From contig QPMI01000040.1 of NCBI GenBank assembly GCA_004431415.1, forward strand, positions 310,001-374,000: DNA of 64,000 bases. The letters run 5' to 3'. Positions 48,101 to 60,100 of this stretch are shown here, piece after piece. Position 1 is the stretch's first letter. Each line of letters opens with the position of its first letter. This stretch comes from Cyanophora paradoxa CCMP329. Taxonomy: Eukaryota; Plantae; Glaucophyta. Below the pieces are notes generated by a model. The model saw only the letters and a program-made list of their open reading frames with translations. It searched no databases and was not told where the DNA came from. The position numbers and the translations under genes were made by a program.

Positions 48101-51100
48101 GTTCATCACGGCTGCGGAGGCGCCGTGGGCGCCGGCCTCGGTGGCGGTCTCGGCGATCGCGCCGCGCAACGCGACGGTGACGGTGACGCTCGGGTACAAC
48201 GGCGGCGCGTGGGTGACGTCGGTGGCGGCGAGCTGCGGGCCGGCGGAGCGCGGGGCGGCCGTCTGGGGCGAGGTGCAGGCGGTGAGCCTCGGGCGGCGGG
48301 GACGACGGTCAGCTTCTCGGCGGCGGGCCTGGAGCCAAACACGACGTACGTGTGCCAGGCCAACGCGACGAGCACGGCAGGGACCTCGCCCGCGACGCTC
48401 TCGGCCTCGTTCATCACGGCTGCGGAGGCGCCGTGGGCACCGGCCTCGGTGGCGGTCTCTGAGATCGCGCCGCGCAACGCGACGGTGACGGTGACGCTCG
48501 GGTACAACGGCGGGGCGTGGGTGACGTCGGTGGCGGCGAGCTGCGGGCCGGCGGAAGGCGGGGCAACTGCCTGGGGCGCGGTGCAGGCGGTGAGCCTCGG
48601 GGCGGCGGGGACGACGGTCAGCTTCTCGGCGGCGGGCCTGGAGCCGAACACGACGTACGTGTGCCAGGCCAACGCGACGAGCGCGGCGGGGACCTCGCCC
48701 GCGAAGCTCTCGGCCTCGTTCATCACGGCTGTGGAGGCGCCTTGGGCGCCGGCCTCGGTGGCGGTCTCTGCGATCGCGCCGCGCAACGCAACGGTGACGG
48801 TGACGCTCGGGTACAACGGCGGGGCGTGGGTGACGTCGGTGGCGGCGAGCTGCGGGCCGGCGGAGGGCGGGGCGGCCACCTGGGGCGCGGTGCAGGCGGT
48901 GAGCCTCGGGGCGGCGGGGACGACGGTCAGCTTCTCGGCGGCGGGCCTGGAGCCGAACACGACGTACGTGTGCCAGGCCAACGCGACGAGCGCGGCGGGG
49001 ACCTCGCCCGCGACGCTCTCGGCCTCGTTCATCACGGCTGTGGAGGCGCCGTGGGCGCCGGCCTCGGTGGCGGTCTCTGAGATCGCGCCGCGCAACGCGA
49101 TGGTGACGGTGACGCTCGGGTACAACGGCGGGGCGTGGGTGACGTCGGTGGCGGCGAGCTGCGGGCCGGCGGAAGGCGGGGCAACTGCCTGGGGCGCGGT
49201 GCAGGCGGTGAGCCTCGGGGCGGCGGGGACGACGGTCAGCTTCTCGGCGGCGGGCCTGGAGCCGAACACGACGTACGTGTGCCAGGCCAACGCGACGAGC
49301 GCGGCGGGGACCTCGCCCGCGACGCTCTCGGCCTCGTTCATCACGGCTGTGGAGGCGCCTTGGGCGCCGGCCTCGGTGGCGGTCTCTGAGATCGCGCCGC
49401 GCAACGCAACGGTGACGGTGACGCTCGGGTACAACGGCGGGGCGTGGGTGACGTCGGTGGCGGCGAGCTGCGGGCCGGCGGAGGGCGGGGCGGCCACCTG
49501 GGGCGCGGTGCAGGCGGTGAGCCTCGGGGCGGCGGGACGACGGTCAGCTTCTCGGCGGCGGGCCTGGAGCCGAACACGACGTACGTGTGCCAGGCCAACG
49601 CGACGAGCGCGGCGGGGACCTCGCCCGCGACGCTCTCGGCCTCGTTCATCACGGCTGCGGAGGCGCCGTGGGCGCCGGCCTCGGTGGCGGTCTCGGCGAT
49701 CGCGCCGCGCAACGCGACGGTGACGGTGACGCTCGGGTACAACGGCGGGGCGTGGGTGACGTCGGTGGCGGCGAGCTGCGGGCCGGCGGAGGGCGGGGCG
49801 GCCACCTGGGGCGCGGTGCAGGCGGTGAGCCTCGGGCGGCGGGGACGACGGTCAGCTTCTCGGCGGCGGGCCTGGAGCCGAACACGACGTACGTGTGCCA
49901 GGCCAACGCGACGAGCGCGGCGGGGACCTCGCCCGCGACGCTCTCGGCCTCGTTCATCACGGCTGTGGAGGCGCCGTGGGCGCCGGCCTCGGTGGCGGTC
50001 TCGGCGATCGCGCCGCGCAACGCAACGGTGACGGTGACGCTCGGGTACAACGGCGGGGCGTGGGTGACGTCGGTGGCGGCGAGCTGCGGGCCGGCGGAGG
50101 GCGGGGCGGCTGCCTGGGGCGAGGTGCAGGCGGTGAGCCTCGGGGCGGCGGGGACGACGGTCAGCTTCTCGGCGGCGGGCCTGGAGCCGAACACGACGTA
50201 CATGTGCCGGGCCAACGCAACGAGCGCGGCGGGGACCTCGCCTGTGACGATCTCCGCTTCTTTTATTGCGGCTGTGGAGGCGCCGTGGGCGCCTGCCTTG
50301 GTGGCGGTACCGGTTTGGGCGATCGGGCCTCGCGTTGCAACCGTGACGGTGACGCTCGGGTACAACGGCGGGACGTTGGTGACGTCGGTGGCGGCGAGCT
50401 GCGGGCCGGCGGAGGGCGGGGCGGCGGTCTGGGGCGCGTTGCAGGCGGTGAGCCTAGGGGCGGCTGGGACGACGGCGAGCTTTTCGGCGGCGGGCCTGGA
50501 GCCGAACACGACGTACGTGTGCCGGGCCAACGCAACGAGCGCGGCGGGGACCTCGCCCGCGACGCTCTCGGCCTCGTTCATCACGGCTGCGGAGGCGCCG
50601 TGGGCGCCGGCCTCGGTGGCGGTCTCTGAGATCGCGCCGCGCAACGCGACGGTGACGGTGACGCTCGGGTACAACGGCGGGGCGTGGGTGACGTCGGTGG
50701 CGGCGAGCTGCGGGCCGGCGGAGGGCGGGGCACCCGTCTGGAGCACGGAGCAAGGCCTCAACTTTGGATCCGCCGGAATTTCAGTCAGCTTCCGGGCAAC
50801 GGGGTTGGAGCCAGCAAAACCCTACCTGTGCCGGGCTATTGCGAAAAACGCGGCGGGGATCTCGCCCGCGACGCTCTCAACCTCATTTTCCACGGCTGCG
50901 GAGGCGCCGGCGATGCCTGCCTCGGTGGCGGTTTCGGCGATCGGGTCTCGTTTCGCGACGGTGACCGTGACGCTCGGGTACAACGGCGGGGCGTGGGTGA
51001 CGTCGGTGTCGGCGAGCTGCGGGCCGGCGGCGGGCGGGGCAGCGGTCTGGGGTGCTGTGCAGGCTGTGAGCCTCGGGGACGCAGGAAATGCAGTGGCTTT

Positions 51101-54100
51101 CTCTGCATCGGGCTTCACACCTTCGTCATCGCTTGTGTGCAGCGCATCGGCTTTGAATGCTATTGGAAGCTCGCCAGTGCGAATGGCGGCGTCCTTTATA
51201 ACTCCAGCCGAGCCTCCCGCCCCTCCTTCCGCTGTAACCGTATCAAACATTGTACCGCGCTCTGCAACGGTCACAGTCGCGCTCGGGTACGATGGAGGAA
51301 CAGTCATCACCAGCATGGACGTCAGCTGCTCGACAACCACGTCAGGCGCGGTGGTGTGGTCAGGGTCGTCGGCGCCCTCGGCAGGCAGCAGCTCTATCGT
51401 ACTCCAAGTATCAGCGCTCTTGCCATTAACGCGCTATCGGTGTAGTGCCAGCGCTAAAAATGCAGCTGGCGCGTCGCCCGCTGCTGTATCGCTGGCCTTT
51501 ACGACTCCACCGGAGCCCGTTATCATCACTCCGAGCCCATCTCCATCCCCAACACCGATCCCAGTCCCTGTTGACAGCACCGTGAAGCCTACCGTTGCTG
51601 TGACGGAAGCGATCGAGTACGACCCTGACGTCATCTCCGCTCAGGACCTTGTCAATAGCATTGCATCGCTAAGCTCAGCCGTGTATGATACCCCGCCTGT
51701 CATTGTCGGTGACGCGGAAACGCCGGCAAGGCGGCACATGCTGCAGACATCGGGAGCTAGGAGTCGCAGGCGCAAGGCGACTGTAAAGTTCACATTCCCG
51801 GCCGCCCTGGCGCCAACCCAGCAAGTGGTCCGCTGCTTCAAATTTCTTCCGCTCTCGCCGCCGATCTGATTTTGGGGTACCGTACCGCAGACATTCTCGT
51901 CGGTTCTGCAAAGCTCTTCCACGTCCTCCACTGCCGCTTTGCTGCAGGGCGTGTACTCCGTGGCCGATGCTACCTCGGGCGACTCTGCACCGCCCATCCC
52001 CAACCCGCGATACCCGTTTGAAGGTGCGCAATACTTGCCTCTTGCCCTGAGCACTGGCTGACTCGCTTGGCCTGAACAGGGCCGCCTCTGTCATCGGAAG
52101 TCATGGGCACGATGGTGTACGACCCCGATCGCGCCTCGTTCAGTTCGATCGCCTCCGCCATCCAGTCTGCCACAGGCCACAGGCCCGGCGCGCTTGGGGG
52201 GAAGAAGGCGGCGGTTCGACGGCTGCGCTCCAGGGGGCTGCTCCAGTATTCCGAGTCCTCCATCGTCGTCCTCTTCAAGGCCTCGACCGGAGCATTGGAA
52301 GCGGCGAAGAAAGTGCGCCCTCCTCTCAATCTCTTGAAAGATGTAGTGTTTGTATATTTCTGACACGAAAACTTGCTCAGGTCGTGCAGTTTGTTGAAAC
52401 TGGCTCCTCTGTCGCGAATGCAATCTACTCCTTTACGCTCGAAGCGGAAGGAGAAACGTTTTCCGTACAAAATCCAAAGCTCCAGTACAACCCATCGCAA
52501 ACCCTGCCATTCCCCGGTGCGCGTGGCACAAAGACAAGCTCAGCTTGAGCCTACTCGATAGCTATAGACTTTCTCTCTGACGCGTTTTGCTACGCTAGGC
52601 ATTCGGCTATCTGAAGGATCGCCCGTCGAGCTCGACCCAGACGGTATCGGTGCCTCAGACTTCGTTCTTTTTGGTTCTGCTGGGGAAGAATCCATCGGCG
52701 TTGCTGTGTCTCGGAGCCCCGTATTTGCAACAACTTTACGCCTCAGTCACACCCAGCCCGACTACATTCTCGACATAAATAAGGTGGCAGAGGCGACCGC
52801 CACCTGCGCACTCTCCGACGGTGTTGGCAACATTTTTGTCGCTCTGGAAGGTGCGCAACTGCATGCACAGCTCCCTAGCTTCGAAGCGGTGGATACTAGT
52901 TCACACTGACGCATGTCTCCTAACTCCAGGTGCTGCTGGAAATGCCTCCAGCTTGCCTCCAACATTCATGGCAATCGACGCATCTACTCCTGGCATGTGG
53001 AATTTTACACGCTCGCTCGACGCCGCGTCGCTGCCACCGCCAGCGTCCTGCACGTATCTGGGCGGCGTCGGCTCCGCGGCTGCCGTCGTGGTCGGGACCC
53101 GATCGGGAGCGCTGTACCGAGTTCAAGTCTCTGCCGACACGCTTTCAGCCGAGCCTCTAGTGGCTTCGCAGTCGGGAAACTCCCGCAATGTCAAGCAAAG
53201 CTCGATGCCTATCTTACTGAGCGCCACGGCGCCAACGGCGAAACCCACACGCGCCGTCTTTCTACAAGCCGAGACTGCCGTCTGCAAGTCCGACGCGGTT
53301 CTGCACATTGTCGATGCGCAGAACGCGTACGCGGTAACGTCTATTAACACCGCGTTTCCATCCGCCGCGTGCCCCAAATCGCTGGCCGTCTCCCTTGATG
53401 GAACCTCTTTCTTCGTCCTCGCTACGGATGGACGTATTTTCCGCGCGTTGTTGCGCACTTCCGACAGCAGTTCCAAGGACAGCAAGGAGAACAAGGACAG
53501 CAAGGACACCAAAGACAGCATGGAAGATTTCCGCGAAATTCGCGGCGCTCAGACGAATGCCGGCGTGCTCCGCGCAGGCGAGGTCCTCTCCCAGATTATC
53601 TCCGTCTCGAGTCGGGCGTACCTTGTTGTCTCGATCACCGGCGGGGAAACCGGTCCTCGCCTCGCACTCATGTCCCCAGACGGAACTATCGAAATGAGCA
53701 CAGTCAAGCCTCTCTCGGGCCTGCTGCCGTCTGTTGAGGCGGCCAACTCTGCCTCGGCGACCGTCACCATCCATGCCGTGCCCGGCCGCCGCCAGTTCTA
53801 CGCAGTGATCGGCCGTCATGTGGCGCGGTTCGATGTCATTGCTGGTGCATAGCATCGCCTCTGTTTGCTACTATTTCGCTCGCATTAACAAGGGCTTAGG
53901 GGCGCTGCGGCTCTTGAGCGTTCCGCCAAGCGCCACACTCGGCAGCTCGCTGACGGTTAACTTCATGATGAGCGGCATCTCGCCCTCCCTTTCGGTTTGC
54001 AATTTCTGCACTCTCTCGCTATCGAAGAGCCGCTCTTGAATCGTTGCAGATATCGATTCTCAGCGCGGCAAACCTGCGGACGATCCAAAGTTCCCCGTTT

Positions 54101-57100
54101 GCAGACGCCGCTGCCGATCCCGAGGGCCGTCGCGCCACCAGCATTTCCGTCAACAGCCCAGCATTCGCTGTCGGTGGAAGTTACGTACTCCGCATCTGCC
54201 TTGTGGATGAGGCGATCTGCTCGGCGGTCAGCTCGTCTTTCGTCGTCCGCGATGCATCGGGTTCTGCGCACTCCCCTCCGCGCACGGTCCTCTTTACGGC
54301 GACAAACGCTTCGGATGACTCCTTGTTCATCGGCGGGAAACTGCAGGCGGTGCTCGACGGCGTGAGCGTTGAAAGTCCGCAGCGCGGAAATATTCAGGTC
54401 CTCGTGTTTCGTCTTGAGCGTGGTCCTCTGCAGCTCCTGACTCTCAGTACACACAGTCGGCGGTGTTTGCGGACGACGCCGACTCGAAGACACTTGTGGC
54501 GAGGGTGGTATGGAACGACCCCGCGCGCAAGTCGAGCGCCAGTGCGCTTGCGCTCTTTTGCAAGCGTGTAGCTCTGCCCGCGGACTCAAATGGGCACTTG
54601 CGCAGCCGGTCCAATCCGGTCAATGGTCATCCGTCTCCGGCTCTCGGATACCGCCTCGAGCGCCGCCGCCAGCTGGTCCCTCTCTAGCATCGCAGTCTCC
54701 GACGCGACTGGAGTGCGTAAACTATAATATACATACGGCGCTTGCGCGTGGGACTTTTGTGCGCTTGCTGAGTGCGAGCAGGAAATGCTGGAGTGGTCCA
54801 ATGGAGCAGGCAGCGCGGAAGCTGTGTCAGCTTTGGTTGGGGAGAGCATCGAATGCGGCATGCTCAATCTGACTTTGTCCGGCGGTGGAGTCGCGCGGGG
54901 CTGGGTCGCTCTGCAGGACTTCCGCATGTGGGGTTTCGGCCGGCTCAGCCGTGGCGCCCGGTCGTACGACTGCGCGGGCGGCATGACATGCTTCCTCTCC
55001 GATGCATATGGTTCCACCGGATCCGTCGTTTCCATGTGCGGCACAGCTGCACCGGTCACTGTGACGCTGCGCGCCAACATCGCATTGTACGGCCTCAAAA
55101 CGCTCGTCTCCCAAATTGCGGAGGTCACAGGCAGCAACGTCACTATCAACCAAGGCCGTGGGACAAAAACCCGCCGCTCGCTCCTCCAGAAGGTTGCGGA
55201 CCGCGTGACAATCCTAGTGGGCTATGGCCCCGCTGGTACCGCGGTGCGTGTTCGACAAATTGTGTTTGTTGGAATAGCGGCGCCGGCGCCAGTTGCGCTG
55301 AAGCAAATCCGTTTGCGTAGGCTGCCGCAACGCTGTACACAGCAGTCAGTGAGGGCAGTCCGACCGTCTCCATGGTTCAGGGCCTGGCGCTTGAGGGCAT
55401 GGAAGAGAGCATCAACCCGAAGCCCGTCTCCGCTCCCGGTGCGTTACGTGGATACTTGGCATGTAAGCTCTATTGTTCTTGACACGTTAGCTTTAATTTG
55501 CAGCGGGCATTTGGACGGCGGTATCATCGACGATGGGTCATTACGAATTTGCATGCGTTTTCGGCACCAACCTCTTTGCATTCTCCACGGCTGTGGATGA
55601 GACGACAATCAGCATGAAGGAATTCAACCTGCGTATGGGCCAGTGGACTGACGGCCAGAGCGGCCCCGGGCCGGCAACGCGCGGGGCCTTCGCCTGCCAG
55701 GAGCCCAACGTGTATGTGTTTGGCGGAACGAACGCGGCGGTGCCGACGAAAAACCTCTACATGTACTCAACGCTCTCTTCGCTGTGGTCTTTGATTGCTG
55801 TTACGGGCAGCGAACCGCCGCCGCGTTCGGAGGCCGTGCTCATCCCGCTCAGCGGCACCTCAATTCTTCTTGCGTGCGCGCGCACCCTCGTATTTTCTTG
55901 AGCAAAGCTTAACGTGCGATGCTGCATGTGCAGGGGAGGGCTTGACGGCGACGGCAAACCGCTGAGCGACGTATGGCGATTTGACGTGACCGAGCTCGCG
56001 TGGACGGCAGTCGAAGGCCTCGACGCTGGCATTTCTGCGCTGTTCGCGCGGAGGGGGCGCTCCGTCGTCTCTGCCGCTTCTCTCTCTGACATGTTCGTCT
56101 TTGGTGGCTGCACTGCCGAAGCCGCGCCGTCGTTCTTCAACGATCTGTGCGTTTGCGAATGTAAACATTATTCGTGCACAACTTCTCACCGCGAGCACAG
56201 GTACCAAGTATCAGTCGCGCAAGGTGAGCACTACTACTTGGACCAATTCGCAGTTTCCTTTCAGCTTGTCCGACTTCGAAGCATGTTGCTAACTTTACCC
56301 GTGCCAGCAGATTCATCCAGTACCTTGGCGATGACGAAACTGTCACTGGAGGGGAGTCCGCCCACGCCGCGCGCATTCGCTACAGTCCGGCTGTCATCAA
56401 ACGGCGCTCAGGTACAATCGCGTTGGCAATTACATTTGCTGCTCACAGCTTCGGTCTAACAAGCCTTGCAGCTGTATGTGACTGGGGGCTTCATATCTGC
56501 CACCGAGGCGGCGAACCCAAGGGAGCTGTTTATGTACGACTTCAACGGCGAGACCTGGTTCAAGGTCGTGCCAGTGGGGACGCCGCCGCTGTACCCAGTC
56601 CGCAGCGTCGAGCCCATCATGTGGAGCGTGGCTTCTGCAGAGTACGGCGGAAACGCATACATTCTCGGCACGTCGGGCCTCGTTGCGTGGGGCCTCAGCC
56701 GGGCACCGTCTTTCGGAGCAAGCAGCGGCACCAGCACGGCCCCTTACATTGCGGCCGCCCCAAAGCCCTCCACAATCGAGCCGCAGGTGATGTATCCGGG
56801 CGAGAACACAATTCTGGTAGCTGGCGGCTTTGTGTCAGTCTCGTGGGCATCGAATGTGGACACGCACACGCTCGCGACGGTGACCGCGTTCCCTATTGAC
56901 CGGTCCAAGACTTTCGTGAGTACTTGGTCTTCGTTCCTTCTGAGGGCTACTCTAATCACACGCTCTCGTACTGCTGGCCATTAGCTTCTCTGCTCCGGCG
57001 CAAACAAAGGCGCCTGTCTGTCGTCGCTGCCAGTTTCTGCGCCCGTTGGTTCGTACCAAGTTTCCATAGAGCTGACAGGAACAGCCGGAACGGATCCCAT

Positions 57101-60100
57101 CAGCTTGCTGAGGTAAACACAAATTCGCGCGCTCCTTTTGGATCGTTCTAAACCTAACTGCTTGCATGTTAGCGAGTTCTTCCGCGTTATTTCATGTGCG
57201 TCTGAAAATGGCAGGCCACTTCTCTCCAGCTGCGCGCCTCACCCGCCCCGGCTTCGCAGCGTCTGTGACCGAAGTGCTGAACACGATCTCGCCGGGAGTC
57301 CTCGTGGTGGCCCCCGGCCTGTCTGCCGACACGCCTGTCGTCTCCGGTGACAGCATTCGCATCGTGCGGATGCTTTGCTTTCATTTTCGAATTTCATTGC
57401 GCTCTTCTAAAGAGGGCTATGGCACGCAGCTGTGGTCGACCAAAGGTCTTGCGTTGGGGCAGAACGTCACAGTCGAGCTTGTCGAATCCGAAACGGGCGA
57501 CGTGATTCAGGTTATCGAGCGCGTACAGTCATCCACATCCTCGAGCTCCATCTCGTGGCTCGCCGACGTCGTCAACCCGGGCACGTTCGCGTTCAGCGTC
57601 ACGGTTAGCACCGCCGCGGGCTCCTTCACTGGCGTCAGCGACAGCTTTACCATCCAGCGTACGCATGCGTATAACTTCAAATTCGGGTCTAGTTTGCCAC
57701 TGATAGCACGCAGCGTATTCGGTTGGCGTGGACGGACTAAACGTGAACTCGGATTGGAATCCGGGCATGCTAGTCCCTCTGGTGAGTGCACAGTTGTGTG
57801 ACTTCAATTTGCGTTTCGATTCGAAGTTCGTTGACCGCGGGCCCTTGTTCGTGAATCCGCGCCAGATCATCTACACTTTGAATCCTCAGAAAACAATCAC
57901 GACATCCCTCGTTTCTCTGTCCCTGTTGCGGTTCCCGGAGCTTTCGCTGGCTCAGGTGGTTGAGCCTATCATTAAGCTCTCCAAGATTGGCGCAACCACT
58001 TCTATTCCAAGCTCGGTTGTTTCAGTCTCGACGGAAAAGTGGACTATGATCGGCGACTACACGTGGAACATATCCTCTAGACTAACACCGGGTCTCTTCT
58101 TGTTAAAGGTGCGTTCGGCCTCGCTGAGATGAAAACTGCAGCTTCATCCTATTCACATTCGAGTTCGCGCAGGTGGATGTTCCTTCGGACTCGGCTACGG
58201 GGACGACAGTGTTCGTTCTGCTCATATTCAATTAAGTTCTCTCTCTCTCTCTAATGCATTCGTTTTTGTATTGCGCAGTCCATTTTGTATCGGCGGAAGC
58301 TGCGAGCGTGCGTCAATTCTGAAGAAGAAGGAAACGTTGTCTGCACATATTCACTAAATTCTGCGCAGCTGGGTTCGTATTCAAGAATCCTTCGGCTACC
58401 GGCGCAGTAGAGGTACGCAGCGGTTGTTCGCGGATTGGTACCTGTTGCCCGTTTGATTAGATTGCCCACCCCGTGCAATTTCAGGCGCCCAGGATATCCG
58501 TTTCCACCCCGTACACGGTCCGATGGATCTCGGCCGGCGTGCCAGCGGAAACGCTCGTTCAAATCTCGCTGACTAGCCTCTCAACGGGGCGCCCTGTTCC
58601 GGTGAGCTCGAGCAACATGGATGCACGACCATGGCCATATGTTGCTATACTCAGCGCGCATCGCAGATTGCTGTGAGGGCGAACACCGGCTCATTCACGT
58701 TTGTGCCATCGCCCTCTCTTGGCACGGGCTCGTTCGTCTTCGAACTATCGGCCGTCTACAAGGAGAAGACCGTTCGTTCTGCAAGCACGCAGGTTCGCCT
58801 GCCAATCATCTATGCGAGAGCGTACTGGTGCACTTGGGCGACCCAGTTTTCTTGCAGGTCCTCGTGGAGATGCCGGCTGCCTACATCATTGTCCGCCTGC
58901 CCGATGGGCGAGCAAGCTTCAGGGCCGGGCAACGCGTGGCGATCCGATGGTGCGTCAGATTGAGATTAAAAACTTGCAATTGGTCTGTTTTGCGAAATGC
59001 TGACGGGATCGCGCAGGGATCAGGCGAGTCTTTGTTCATTGCCATTGTAACATTTGCGCTCTTGCTGACGTTCCGGTATCGCTTCACAGAACAACGTCGG
59101 GTCGCTCGACGCGTCTCTACGCGCAGTCACCAGCGACGGGTCGATTTTGGTGCGTTACAGCTTCATGATATTCCGGCCTCGCCGGCCTTAGCTAAAGATG
59201 CACATGCTCTGACGCTTTCCTTGCACCTGCAAGACTATTGCGCTCGGCGTCCCCAACACAGGTGAGCCTACCATGGCCTGGCCATATGCATGGCCATGCC
59301 ATCACTGAAGAATCTCGGTCGGAACTCACGCTGATGCGTATGCAGGCTCGTACACGTGGCAAATAAATGACCAGGTTCCTCCGGGGACGTACGCGATCGA
59401 GGTTGGCGTGAGCGACTTCAAAGTCAGCAGCACGAGCGCGCTCTTCACCATCGCGGCCACCGCGAGCTCGATGCCCTCCGTCCGCGTCGCCGACGTCCCG
59501 CCCCTTATCGCCACGCAGAGCTACACGTGCGCATGCGCCCATGATCGATGCCCCCACGGATACGTACGCGCCCGGTGCTGATTGTAATTGGTGCCGCAGC
59601 ATCAAGTGGACTTCGACGGGCGTTCTGCCTGACGAAGAATGCACCGTCGCAATTGTGTCCTTGCCTGCAGGCAACGTTGTTGAGGTGCACGAACGAGATT
59701 TGATTTGTCTAGCTTGCATGCGCACTGCTTAATTGCCACGGCTCTCGCAGAGTCTGGTGGCAAGCATCGCGCAGCAGAGTGTCGAGTGGACGGCCCCGTC
59801 GACGCCGGGCGAGTACCGCGTCGATGTGCGGGCGCGCAACGTGACGGGCGAGAGCAAGAAATTCGAGATCAAACCGAGTGCGCTCGTACATTGTATTACT
59901 GTTTGTCGACTTGCTGAATATGCGTGAGCTTGAGCTTAACGCACGCGCTTCTACAGTCCCTCCCGTCCCCGACCCCTGCCTCGGCAACCCGCCGTCAGCA
60001 GTGGCCACAATCAAGGAGACGGGATCCAAAGCAGGTCCGCCCGAGCCTACAATCACGTTTATTGAATTCCGGGTCCTCACGACATTATAAATTATCCGAT

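Noticed and set aside
43613-50761. Long antisense ORFs (1528, 463, 370 aa) and the 1375-aa alternate-frame ORF over the FN3 array
   Set aside because: Shadow ORFs from a GC-rich stop-poor 309-bp unit repeated in register; only the FN3 frame has a domain signature.
53468-53520. 9-bp coding minisatellite (SKD/SKE/NKD/TKD)
   Set aside because: Short low-complexity loop with no further implication.
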